54,301 bases of DNA, taken from the NCBI GenBank assembly GCA_964609145.1, contig CAZSRI010000006.1:1-54301 (forward strand). The letters are read 5' to 3'. The notes beneath the pieces are model-generated. The model ran no database searches, was not told where the DNA came from, and worked only from the letters and a program-made list of their open reading frames with translations. Source of the stretch: an uncultured Chloroflexota bacterium (GTDB lineage: Bacteria; Chloroflexota; Limnocylindria; P2-11E). Both the position numbers and the translations under genes were made by a program. This document shows, piece by piece, positions 8,340 to 16,966 of this stretch (the first letter of the stretch is position 1; each line of letters opens with the position of its first letter).

Positions 8340-9473
8340 TCAAATGACGTTGAACTCCCGCACCTGCTCGGCCTCGCGGAACCGCGACAGGCGCAGCGGA
8401 TGGAGGTCGAGCGCCGGGGTCGCCCCCGTCACGACGTCGGCGATGAGCTCCCCCGTCGCGGGCGCGTGCATCAGGCCGTGTCCAGAGAAGCCCGCGGCGA
8501 TCACGAATCCATCCACGTCCGTGCGCCCGAGCACCGGGTGTTTGTCGGGCGTGTCCTCGTACATCCCCGCCCACCCCGCGCGGATGTTCGTGCGCTCGAG
8601 GAGCGGGAGGCGTTCTATCGCGCGCTCGACGACGGCGGGAAGGAAGTCCCAGTTCACGGCTTCGCGGAAGCCCGGGCCGTCGGCCGGGTCGGCCATGCCG
8701 AGGAGAACGCCGCCGGACTCGCGGTGGAAGTAGAGCGTCGACGCGAACTCGATCGTGAGCGGGATCGGGTGGTCGAGTCCGGGCGCGCCGTCGGTCACGA
8801 AGATGTGCCGGCGCAGCGGGCGGATCGGTACCTCGAGGCCGACCAGCGCCGCGACCTTGCCGGCCCACGGCCCCGCGGCGTCGATGACGAGGTCGCAGGG
8901 GACCCCCTCATCGCCGATCCGCACGCCGCGGACCCGTCCGTCCTCGAGGTCGATCCCGCTCACCGCGGCGTGCTCGCGGAACGTGGCGCCGCCGGCCCGC
9001 GCCCGAGATACGAACCCGTTCAGGATCCCCGTCGGGTCGGCGTGCCCGTCGACGTGGCAGAAGGTCCCGAACACGATGTCGTCTCGCCTGAGCTCGGGGA
9101 AGATCTGGCCGATCTCGTCGCGCTCGACCCGGCGAGCCGGCACGCCCAGGCGGTCCCACATCGTGAGCGATCGCTCGAACGGCGCGACCTCGCGGTCCTC
9201 GGTGATGAGGAAGAGGTAGCCGACTTGCTGGAAGTCGATGTCGACGCCGAACTCGTCCTTGAATCGCTCGAATCGCGGGAGCGAGCGCTGCGACAGCCGC
9301 ACGTTCGTCTCGCTCGAGAACTGGAGACGGATCCCGCCGGCGTTCTTGCTGGTCGATCCCGCGCCGAGCGTGTCCCGCTCGAGGACAAGGACGTCGGTCA
9401 TGCCGCGGGCGGTGAGGTGGTACGCGATCGAAGCGCCGACGACGCCGCCGCCCACGATGACCACCTCGGGCAC
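8340..9473 (-). CDS. FAD-dependent oxidoreductase (DAO / sarcosine oxidase beta-like)
   Basis: VVIVGGGVVG, GSTSKNAGG, WAGMYEDTPDKHPVLG, GFSGHG. Confidence 0.9.
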   Translation of the reverse strand: MPEVVIVGGGVVGASIAYHLTARGMTDVLVLERDTLGAGSTSKNAGGIRLQFSSETNVRLSQRSLPRFERFKDEFGVDIDFQQVGYLFLITEDREVAPFERSLTMWDRLGVPARRVERDEIGQIFPELRRDDIVFGTFCHVDGHADPTGILNGFVSRARAGGATFREHAAVSGIDLEDGRVRGVRIGDEGVPCDLVIDAAGPWAGKVAALVGLEVPIRPLRRHIFVTDGAPGLDHPIPLTIEFASTLYFHRESGGVLLGMADPADGPGFREAVNWDFLPAVVERAIERLPLLERTNIRAGWAGMYEDTPDKHPVLGRTDVDGFVIAAGFSGHGLMHAPATGELIADVVTGATPALDLHPLRLSRFREAEQVREFNVI

Positions 9474-9503
9474 GGCGCCGATCGTATCCGTATCGTTCGC
9501 ACG
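9474..9503. promoter_or_regulatory. Back-to-back leaderless -10 promoters
   Basis: TATCGT (9491-9496) 7 nt before the ggt ATG; TACGAT on the minus strand (9481-9486) 7 nt before GTG 9473. Confidence 0.65.
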
Positions 9504-11174
9504 ATGCCCCATCCCGCTCAGAGCGAATGGATCATCGAGAAGACCGAGCCGCGCGCCGCGCACGCGATGGTCGCGGCGGATCGGCCCGAGGGCGTCGACG
9601 CGGGGATCGAGATCCTGCGCGAGGGCGGGAATGCCGTCGACGCCGCGGTCGCGATGGCGTTCGCGATGGGCGTCGCGGAGCCGGCGCTCAGCGGTGTCGG
9701 CGGCGTCGCCGTGATGGTCATCCGCCTCCCCGACGGCCGCGAGACGGTCATCGACGGAAGCGGGCTCGCGCCGCGGGCGGCGACGCCGAACATGTTCCCT
9801 CTCGCGGACGCCGGCGTCGGCGGTATGTACGGATGGCCCGCCGTGAGCGGCGACGAGAACAACGTGGGGTACCGCTCGACGGGCGTGCCGGGGATGGTCG
9901 CGGCGATGGCGCTCGCGCTCGACCGCTACGGCACGATCGGCCTCGAGCGCGCGGTCCGCCCGGCCGTCGCTCTCGCGCGCGACGGCATCGCGATCGACCT
10001 GCACCTCACGCTCACGTTCTCGTCGTACGCGGATCGGCTGTGGCGCTTCCCCGAGTCGAAAGGGACGTTCTTCAAGCGCGACGGGCTTCCGATGCATCCG
10101 CGGCTGGCGCTCGAGGGCGGCGGCGACCGACTCGTGCAGGCCGATCTCGCTCGGAGCCTCGAGACGATCGGCCGCGAGGGCGCGGACGCCTTCTACCGCG
10201 GCGGCCTCGGCCGCGCGGTCGTCGACGATGTCCACGGCGGCGGCGGGCTCCTCGCGCTCGACGACCTGGCGGCGTACGAGGCCCGCGAGATCGCGCCGCT
10301 CGCGATCGAGCACGGTGGCCACCGCGTCGCGACGAACCCGGAGTGCGGCGGCGGCATCACCGCGGCCGAGATGCTGAACATCCTCGACGGCTACGACCTC
10401 GGGTCGACGGACCGCCCGAGCGCGCACTACCAGCACCTCGTCGCGGAGGCGTGCCGGCGCGCGTTCGTCGACCGCTTCGCGCTGCTCGGCGACCCGGCGT
10501 TCGTCGACGCGCCGTTCGCGGCGCTCGCGTCACGCGAGCACGCCGAGCGCGTCCGGGGTGAGATCGATCCGGAGCGCGCGACCGCCGCGGTGGCCCGCCA
10601 GCCCGTGGGCGACGTTCCGCACACGACGCACATGTGCGTCGTCGACGCGTCGAGGATGTGCGTGTCGCTCACGTCGACGCTCGGGGGCGCGTTCGGGTCG
10701 GGGATCGTCGCGCGCGGCACCGGGATCGTGCTCGCGAACGTCATGACGTGGTTCGACCCGCGACCCGGGCGCCCCGCGTCGATCGCCGGCGGGAAGCGGA
10801 TCCTCTGGGCGCCGGCGCCGGCGATCGTCTCGCGCGGCGGCCGCGCCCGGATGGTCGTCGGCGGGTCGGGCGGGCGCCGGCTCATCAGCGGCGTGGCGCA
10901 GGCGATCGTGAACGCGGTCGACCACGGCGACGGGCCGTACGCGGCGGTGAACGGGCTGCGCGCGCATCACGAGGGAGGCGCGCTCCTCCTCGACTCCCGC
11001 GCGCCCGGCGAGCTCGCGAGCGGACTCGAGGCGATGGGGCACCGCGTCGTGCCGACGGAGGAGACGCTCGCGGCGGCCTCGTTCGGCCGGATCAACGCGA
11101 TCGCGATCGACGACGACGGAACGCTCCGCGGCGGCGTCAACCGGATGCGCTCGTCGGTGGCGGCGGGGTTCTAG
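9504..11174 (+). CDS. ggt: Gamma-glutamyltransferase family protein
   Basis: GGNAVDAAVA, EPALSGVGG, GVPG, HTTH (Thr nucleophile), GGSGG. Confidence 0.9.
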   Translation: MPHPAQSEWIIEKTEPRAAHAMVAADRPEGVDAGIEILREGGNAVDAAVAMAFAMGVAEPALSGVGGVAVMVIRLPDGRETVIDGSGLAPRAATPNMFPLADAGVGGMYGWPAVSGDENNVGYRSTGVPGMVAAMALALDRYGTIGLERAVRPAVALARDGIAIDLHLTLTFSSYADRLWRFPESKGTFFKRDGLPMHPRLALEGGGDRLVQADLARSLETIGREGADAFYRGGLGRAVVDDVHGGGGLLALDDLAAYEAREIAPLAIEHGGHRVATNPECGGGITAAEMLNILDGYDLGSTDRPSAHYQHLVAEACRRAFVDRFALLGDPAFVDAPFAALASREHAERVRGEIDPERATAAVARQPVGDVPHTTHMCVVDASRMCVSLTSTLGGAFGSGIVARGTGIVLANVMTWFDPRPGRPASIAGGKRILWAPAPAIVSRGGRARMVVGGSGGRRLISGVAQAIVNAVDHGDGPYAAVNGLRAHHEGGALLLDSRAPGELASGLEAMGHRVVPTEETLAAASFGRINAIAIDDDGTLRGGVNRMRSSVAAGF

Positions 11175-11208
11175 GCGATGCGCCGACGGCCTACAATGAC
11201 GGAGTCCC

Positions 11209-11292
11209 GCGGGAGTGTCGTAATCGGTAGCCGATCACGCTTCAGGGGCGTGTGCCCGTAAGGGCGTGGGGGTTCGAGTCCCCCCTCCCGCA
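11209..11292 (+). tRNA. tRNA-Leu(CAG)
   Basis: GCGGGAG/CTCCCGC acceptor; CACGC-TTCAGGG-GCGTG anticodon arm; variable arm GCCC-GTAA-GGGC; TACAAT -10 upstream. Confidence 0.93.
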
Positions 11293-11408
11293 CAGACCGT
11301 TCCGCGATGTGCCTCACCCGGTAGTGCTCCCAGATGCTCCACCTGCGCTCCAACTTCGGGACATCCGGATGTGGGTAGATGCGCTCAAGAAGTGCGCAAC
11401 GACCTCGC

Positions 11409-12146
11409 TCAGCGCAAGACGATGCGGGTGCCATCCTCCGCGAGCTCGAGCCGCGCGTCCGCGGCACGCGCGAGCGTCTCAGGCCCGAGGTGAGTGAGGA
11501 CGATCCGCTTGGCGCGTATCGATGCCAGGTGCGCCGCCACTGCGCGGTATGAGAGGTGGTACGGGATCGCCTTCTCGAACGAGTAGGCCTCGGCGATGAA
11601 GACGTCGGCATCGACGGCGAGCTCCCTCAGGGCATCCGTCCATTCCGTGTCGCCGGAGTAGGCGACGACCCGCTCCCCACAGCGGATCCGAAGCCCGATC
11701 GCCGCCGCGCCGGGCGTGTGCACGACGGGCAGCGCGGAGACGGAGAGCGGACCGATCACGGTGGACCCGGTGCCGAGCTCGACGTGGTCGATCGCGAACC
11801 GCTGCGTCGTGCGCGACGAGCCGGGGAACGCCTCCTCCATCGCCGCTCGCGTCCGCTCCGCGATCCCGCGCGGCCCCGCGATCGTGAGCAGACGTGCGCG
11901 CTTGCGGAACTGCCCGTCGAGGACGAGGTACGGGATCCCGCCGAAGTGGTCGCCGTGGAAGTGCGAGATGAGCACGGCATCGATCTGGTCCGGGTCGAGG
12001 CCGTCACGCCGCATGGCCAGAAGCGACGTCGCCCCGCAGTCGACGAGCCAGCGAAAGCCGTCGGCCTCCATCCAGATGCACGCCTGGTAGCGGCCGCCGC
12101 TGCCGAACGCGTCGCCTGACCCGACAAAGCGGATCCGAAGCGTCAC
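11409..12146 (-). CDS. MBL-fold metallo-hydrolase (RNase Z/BN-like)
   Basis: GSGDAFGSGGR, LVDCG, SHFHGDH, YSGDT, LTH; GTGA overlap with upstream gene. Confidence 0.9.
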   Translation of the reverse strand: MTLRIRFVGSGDAFGSGGRYQACIWMEADGFRWLVDCGATSLLAMRRDGLDPDQIDAVLISHFHGDHFGGIPYLVLDGQFRKRARLLTIAGPRGIAERTRAAMEEAFPGSSRTTQRFAIDHVELGTGSTVIGPLSVSALPVVHTPGAAAIGLRIRCGERVVAYSGDTEWTDALRELAVDADVFIAEAYSFEKAIPYHLSYRAVAAHLASIRAKRIVLTHLGPETLARAADARLELAEDGTRIVLR

Positions 12147-12676
12147 GACCCGACGCTCCGCAGCCACCGCTCCGCCTCCGACGCGCTGCGAAAGTGATGC
12201 TTCTCGAGATGCACCGCCTCGGGCGAGGCGAGCATCCGCGGGAAGCGCTTGCGCCGCTCGCCGTGCCAGCGGATCGCGTATAGGAACAGCGACTCGCGCG
12301 AGAAGAACGCGTTCCGCATCGTCTCGCGGTTCCCCGACCACAGCACCTCGCCCGAGCGGATGCGCCCGAGCGTCCGCTGCAGGATCCGCCACAGCGCGAT
12401 CGGCAGCCCCAGGTCGAGCCACACGACGGTGTCCGCGCGCGACCAGATGAAGGTCCCGAGCCGCCCCGTGTAGTTCCCGTCCGCGACCCACGCGTCGCCA
12501 GCGAGCGCGTCCGCGACGCGTCTGCGGAAGTCCTCCGTCTCGCTCTGTCGCCAGCCCTCGCGCCAGAACAGCGCATCGAGCTCGACGAAGGGCACGTCGA
12601 GCCGCTCCGCGAGGCGACGGCCGAACGTCGTCTTCCCCACTCCCGAGGTCGATCCGATCACGTTCACCCGTCGCAC
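12143..12676 (-). CDS. Adenylate kinase-like P-loop protein (FlaR/topology modulation family)
   Basis: GSTSGVGKTT, ELDALFW, WVADGNY, RADTVVWLD. Confidence 0.85.
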   Translation of the reverse strand: MRRVNVIGSTSGVGKTTFGRRLAERLDVPFVELDALFWREGWRQSETEDFRRRVADALAGDAWVADGNYTGRLGTFIWSRADTVVWLDLGLPIALWRILQRTLGRIRSGEVLWSGNRETMRNAFFSRESLFLYAIRWHGERRKRFPRMLASPEAVHLEKHHFRSASEAERWLRSVGS

Positions 12677-12707
12677 GCGCGGACGATACGAGCCATAGGA
12701 TCGGCCC

Positions 12708-13256
12708 GTGCCCGATCCCCGTCCGTGGCCTCTGGTACGCAAGGGCGAACGCCGTGACTTCCAGATCCTGCGCGTCGGCGAAGACACGTACGCCGACCCG
12801 CGGAGCGGCGAAGAGCACCGGCGGGTGATGATCGACGCCGACGACTGGTGCAACGTCCTCCCTCTCACGCGCGACGGACGTGTCGTCCTGCTGAAGCAGT
12901 TCCGCTTCGGGAGCGGGGCGGTCTCGCTCGAGCTGCCGGGCGGCGTCGTCGACCGCGGCGAGGAGCCGGCCGCCGCCGTCGCGCGCGAGCTCGAGGAGGA
13001 GACCGGCTACCGCGCCGGCCGCGTCCTCCCGCTCGGCGTGTACCGGCCGAACCCCGCGCACTTCACGAACCGCGTCCACGCCTTCGTCGCGCTCGACTGC
13101 GAGCCGCTCCACGACGGGCACCCGGACCACGGCGAGGATCTCGTCGTCGAGGTCGTGCCCAAAGCGCGGGTCCGCGAGCTCGCGGCCTCAGGCGCGATCA
13201 CCCACGCGCTGATCCTCGCGACGCTCCACCTGGCGGGACTCGGCGGATACCTCTAG
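12708..13256 (+). CDS. NUDIX hydrolase (ADP-ribose pyrophosphatase-like)
   Basis: Nudix box GGVVDRGEEPAAAVARELEEETGY. Confidence 0.92.
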   Translation: MPDPRPWPLVRKGERRDFQILRVGEDTYADPRSGEEHRRVMIDADDWCNVLPLTRDGRVVLLKQFRFGSGAVSLELPGGVVDRGEEPAAAVARELEEETGYRAGRVLPLGVYRPNPAHFTNRVHAFVALDCEPLHDGHPDHGEDLVVEVVPKARVRELAASGAITHALILATLHLAGLGGYL

Positions 13257-13334
13257 GAGCGGACCGCGGCCACAGAAGCCGACCGACCGCTCGCATGCAT
13301 CGAGCGGCCTCCATTCGACGGCGTTCTCCAGGGC

Positions 13335-13402
13335 TTGACATCCGGTCCGTGGTGGACCTACCGTGCTCTCTCACATCGGTCAAGATTAGATGGATATCTA
13401 AT
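13335..13402 (+). promoter_or_regulatory. Sigma70 promoter and ArsR-type operator
   Basis: TTGACA (13335-13340), 18-nt spacer, TACCGT (13359-13364); palindrome ATTAGAT-N4-ATCTAAT at 13385-13402. Confidence 0.75.
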
Positions 13403-14491
13403 ATGCGACTCTTGAAGAACCGGCGGCTGGCGGCGCTGCCCGCCGTCGACCCGTTCGCCGGCGCGGTCCGCGTGCACCCGTCCCCCTGTTACGACCTCCT
13501 CGTCAGCCTCCGGGCGCTCTTCAATCCGCGCACGTACGAGGGCACTCGCGCGTGGGCGAACGCGACGCGCGCGAAGGCGTCGCGCGAGCTGCTCGAGCGG
13601 GGCCAGTTCTTCTTCCAGGGGCACGACACCAGCCTGGGATCCGGCGTCATGCGGCTCGTCGCGGAGCTTCCGGACGGCGCCGGCCCGGACGACCTCGTGC
13701 GCAGGGTCCGCGCGGCGGATCCGCGGGGCCTGGTCCTCCTCATGCTCGACACCGACGAGACCAGCGAGGAGGCTCTCGCGACCTTCGACCGATCGATCCG
13801 GACGGGGGCGACCGCCGGCCTGGCGCGCGCGCTCCGCGGCACGTCGGCCGAGTGGTCCAAGCGTGGACGCCGGATCATCACCGATCCGCAGTGGGCGCGT
13901 GCGGAGTTCCTCGCCCTGCTGAGGGAGTACTCGCGGACCGTCTTCGCCGAGCAGGTGCCTCACGTGGCCAGGGCCTTGAAGGCAGGCGCGGAGCGCGCCT
14001 CCGAGCTGCTCGGGGTGCTCCCCACGGCCACGGCCATCGAGCAGCTCACCGGCGGGTACACGCTCAGCGCCGGCCTTCAGCTCCGGCGGATCACCCTCGC
14101 GCCGTCCGCGTTCATCTACCCCTTCATGGCGTCCCGTGTCGACGAGCGATCGGGACAGGCCCTCGTGGTGTTCGGCGTGAAGAGCGACGCGCTGGTGCAG
14201 TTCGACAAGGCACGCGTCGACCCGGACCTCGTGCGCGCCGTCAAGGCGGTCGGCGATCCGGCCCGTCTCAAGGTGCTCCGGCTCCTCCAGCGCGGACCGC
14301 TGGGCGGCCCGGAGCTCGTGTCGAGCCTGGGCCTCTCGGCGCCGACCGTCCATCACCACGTGCATCTCCTCCGCGCCGCGGGCCTCGTTCGCCAGGAGCG
14401 GACCAGGGACGGAATGCGCTACACGATCCGGCGCGACTCGGCACACGCGCTCCTCGACGCGCTCAGCAGCTCGATCCTCGGCGGTGACTGA
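13403..14491 (+). CDS. ArsR-family regulator with long N-terminal domain and C-terminal wHTH
   Basis: KAVGDPARLKVLRLL...LGLSAPTVHHHVHLLRAAGLV. Confidence 0.85.
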   Translation: MRLLKNRRLAALPAVDPFAGAVRVHPSPCYDLLVSLRALFNPRTYEGTRAWANATRAKASRELLERGQFFFQGHDTSLGSGVMRLVAELPDGAGPDDLVRRVRAADPRGLVLLMLDTDETSEEALATFDRSIRTGATAGLARALRGTSAEWSKRGRRIITDPQWARAEFLALLREYSRTVFAEQVPHVARALKAGAERASELLGVLPTATAIEQLTGGYTLSAGLQLRRITLAPSAFIYPFMASRVDERSGQALVVFGVKSDALVQFDKARVDPDLVRAVKAVGDPARLKVLRLLQRGPLGGPELVSSLGLSAPTVHHHVHLLRAAGLVRQERTRDGMRYTIRRDSAHALLDALSSSILGGD

Positions 14492-14506
14492 CCACAACAG
14501 GGGAGG

Positions 14507-15406
14507 ATGGACATGATCGGTCTCGCGAGATCCGCCACGCGTGCCTGGCTCACCATCGCGCTTGGGGCCGGCCTGATCTCGGGGGCGTGCGGCGGCGCGG
14601 CGGCGCCCGCCGCGTCACCGACGAGCACGGCCGCCGCGGCCACGGCCGGCGGGACCGCCGGCGGGGGACATCTCCTCGAGCAGGTGAAGGCCAAGGGCGT
14701 TCTTCGCGTCGCGGATCCACAGACGAGCCCGCCGTACAGCCTGCGGGACGAGAAGAACGAGGTCGTCGGCTTCGACGTGGACATGGCGAACGAGCTCGTC
14801 AAGCGGCTCGGGGTCCCGAAGGTGGAGTTCATCCAGGGCACGTTCGACACGTTCATCCCAGGGCTGCAGTCGGACAAGTGGGACATCGTGATCGCCGGCC
14901 AAGCCATCACCGAGGAGCGCAAGCTCCAGGTGGACTTCTCGCTCCCCTACCGCGTGTCCTCGGTGACGATCTTCGTGCGCCAGGACGACACGACGATCAA
15001 GGCGCTCGACGACCTGCGCGGGAAGCGCATCGCCGTGCCGACCGGCTCGAGCGACCTCACGACCGCGCAGAGCGTCCCGGGCGCGGAGGTGAAGACCTAC
15101 GAGAGCGCGACGCTCGCGCTCACCGACGTCAGCCTCGGAAGGGCGGACGCCTACATCGGGTCACGCTTCGTCGGGCTGTATCTGGCGCAGAAGGCCGGCC
15201 TGAAGGTGAAGGCGACCGTCGCGACGATCGGTCTCGAGCAGAACGGCATGTCGTTCAAGAAGGGGGAGGCCGCCTTCCAGGCCGAGATCGACAAGGCCAT
15301 CCGTGCGATGGCCGCGGACGGCACGCTCACGACGATCTCCAAGAAGTGGTTCGGAGCGTCCGAGGACATGGCCGTGGAGGTCAAGAAGCTTCCCGCCTGG
15401 CAGTAG
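14507..15406 (+). CDS. Polar amino acid ABC transporter substrate-binding lipoprotein (cystine-like)
   Basis: Lipobox SGAC; PPYS...GFDVD...DIVIAG...ITEERK..VDFS.PY. Confidence 0.9.
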   Translation: MDMIGLARSATRAWLTIALGAGLISGACGGAAAPAASPTSTAAAATAGGTAGGGHLLEQVKAKGVLRVADPQTSPPYSLRDEKNEVVGFDVDMANELVKRLGVPKVEFIQGTFDTFIPGLQSDKWDIVIAGQAITEERKLQVDFSLPYRVSSVTIFVRQDDTTIKALDDLRGKRIAVPTGSSDLTTAQSVPGAEVKTYESATLALTDVSLGRADAYIGSRFVGLYLAQKAGLKVKATVATIGLEQNGMSFKKGEAAFQAEIDKAIRAMAADGTLTTISKKWFGASEDMAVEVKKLPAWQ

Positions 15407-15478
15407 CGTCTGACGCCGGGAGGCCGTGGTCGCCCCGCGGCTTGCCGAGCCGGCGGAAACGGAGAGGAGGGCGACATC

Positions 15479-16126
15479 GTGGTCGAGCTGTTCCTGCGGG
15501 CATATCCGTTCCTGGTCGAGGGGCTCCTCGCGACGATCTCCCTCGGCGTCGTCTCGTTCGCGCTCGGGTCGGCGATCGGACTCGCCGTCGCTCTCGCTCG
15601 CCTCTCCGGCATCGCGGCGCTCCGGACGTTCGCCGTGGCCTACGTGTCGGTCTTCCGCGGCACCCCCATGCTCGTCCAGATCCTGCTGATCTACTTCGGG
15701 CTTCCGCAGCTCGGCATCACGCTGGAGCCCATCCCGTCCGCGACCCTGGCGCTCTCGCTCGCCGTCGCGTCGTATCAGAGCGAGAACTTCCGTTCGGGGA
15801 TCCTTGGTGTCGAAAAGGGTCAGCGCGAGGCGGCGCTGTCCATCGGCATGACGTATGCGCAGGCGCTCCGCCGCATCATCCTGCCGCAGGCCATCAGGAT
15901 CGCGGCGCCGGCGATCGGCAACCGCTTCATCGCGCTCATGAAGGACACATCGCTCGCGTCGGTCGTCACGGTGGTGGAGCTCACGAGGGTGGCCGAGCGT
16001 GTCGGTTCGGCGACCTTCCGCTACCTGGAGATGTTCGTCATCGTCGCCGCCATCTACTGGGCCGTGAACACCGTTCTCTCCATCGGCCAGGAAGCGATCG
16101 AGCGGCGGATGGCGGCCGCGTACTGA
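15479..16126 (+). CDS. Amino acid ABC transporter permease
   Basis: FRGTPMLVQ, GQREAALSIG, LMKDTSLAS. Confidence 0.93.
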   Translation: MVELFLRAYPFLVEGLLATISLGVVSFALGSAIGLAVALARLSGIAALRTFAVAYVSVFRGTPMLVQILLIYFGLPQLGITLEPIPSATLALSLAVASYQSENFRSGILGVEKGQREAALSIGMTYAQALRRIILPQAIRIAAPAIGNRFIALMKDTSLASVVTVVELTRVAERVGSATFRYLEMFVIVAAIYWAVNTVLSIGQEAIERRMAAAY

Positions 16127-16129
16127 GCC

Positions 16130-16966
16130 ATGGTCCAAGAGAGCGACGCCCAGATCCGCATCGAGGGCCTCCGCAAGCGTTTCGGCAAGCTGGAGGTGCT
16201 GCGCGGCATCGACCTGCGCATCCAGCGCGGCGAGGTCGTGGTGGTCATGGGCGTCTCCGGCTCGGGTAAGACCACCCTGCTCCGTTGCATCAACTACCTC
16301 GAGGAGCCCGACGAGGGCCGCCTGACGGTCTGCGGCCTCGAGGTGAGATGTCGCCGTGACCTCGGGCGCGACGACCGCCGGCGGATACGCGAGATCCGCA
16401 CGCGCGTGGGGATGGTGTTCCAGTCGTTCAACCTGTTCCCGCACATGACGGCTCTCGGCAACGTGATCGAGGGGCTGATCACCGTGAAGAAGGTCCCGCG
16501 GTCCGAGGCGGTCCCGATCGGCCAGCAGCTGCTCGCTCGGGTCGGGCTCTCGGACAAGCAGAACGAGTATCCGTCGCGGCTCTCCGGCGGGCAGAAGCAG
16601 CGGGTCGCCATCGCGCGCGCGCTGGCCATGCGGCCGGCCGTCGTGCTCTTCGATGAGCCCACCTCCGCGCTCGATCCGGAACTCCACGAGGAGGTCCTTC
16701 AGGTCATGCGCCAGCTCGCGCGCGATGGGATGACCATGGTCGTCGTCACGCACGAGGTCGCGTTCGCGCGCGACGTCGCGGACCGCGTTCTCTTCATGGA
16801 CGAAGGCGTGGTCATCGAGGAGGCGGCCCCGGCCGAGTTCTTCGCACGCCCGCAGCACCCTCGGGCGCGGTCGTTCCTCCGCCTGGTCGAGCATGGGCCG
16901 GTGGGCGGAACGTCGCCCCGGCAGCTCGCCGTGATCGGGTCGCAGCCACGGCCGATCGCCCGATGA
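16130..16966 (+). CDS. Amino acid ABC transporter ATP-binding protein
   Basis: GVSGSGKTT, LSGGQKQR, FDEPTSALDP. Confidence 0.95.
   Translation: MVQESDAQIRIEGLRKRFGKLEVLRGIDLRIQRGEVVVVMGVSGSGKTTLLRCINYLEEPDEGRLTVCGLEVRCRRDLGRDDRRRIREIRTRVGMVFQSFNLFPHMTALGNVIEGLITVKKVPRSEAVPIGQQLLARVGLSDKQNEYPSRLSGGQKQRVAIARALAMRPAVVLFDEPTSALDPELHEEVLQVMRQLARDGMTMVVVTHEVAFARDVADRVLFMDEGVVIEEAAPAEFFARPQHPRARSFLRLVEHGPVGGTSPRQLAVIGSQPRPIAR

Noticed and set aside
8340-11174. Apparent 2-kb overlap of the 698-aa and 924-aa ORFs
   Set aside because: Starts are over-extended; the real genes begin at 9473 (-) and 9504 (+) and do not overlap
11209-11292. Possible tRNA-Sec (CTTCA in the anticodon region, selD nearby)
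   Set aside because: Stem register gives loop TT-CAG-GG with a 7-bp acceptor and discriminator A, so it is tRNA-Leu(CAG)
3122-11292. Similar 3' halves of two tRNA-Leu genes as attL/attR of an island
   Set aside because: Both are complete, distinct isoacceptor genes, and no integrase lies between them
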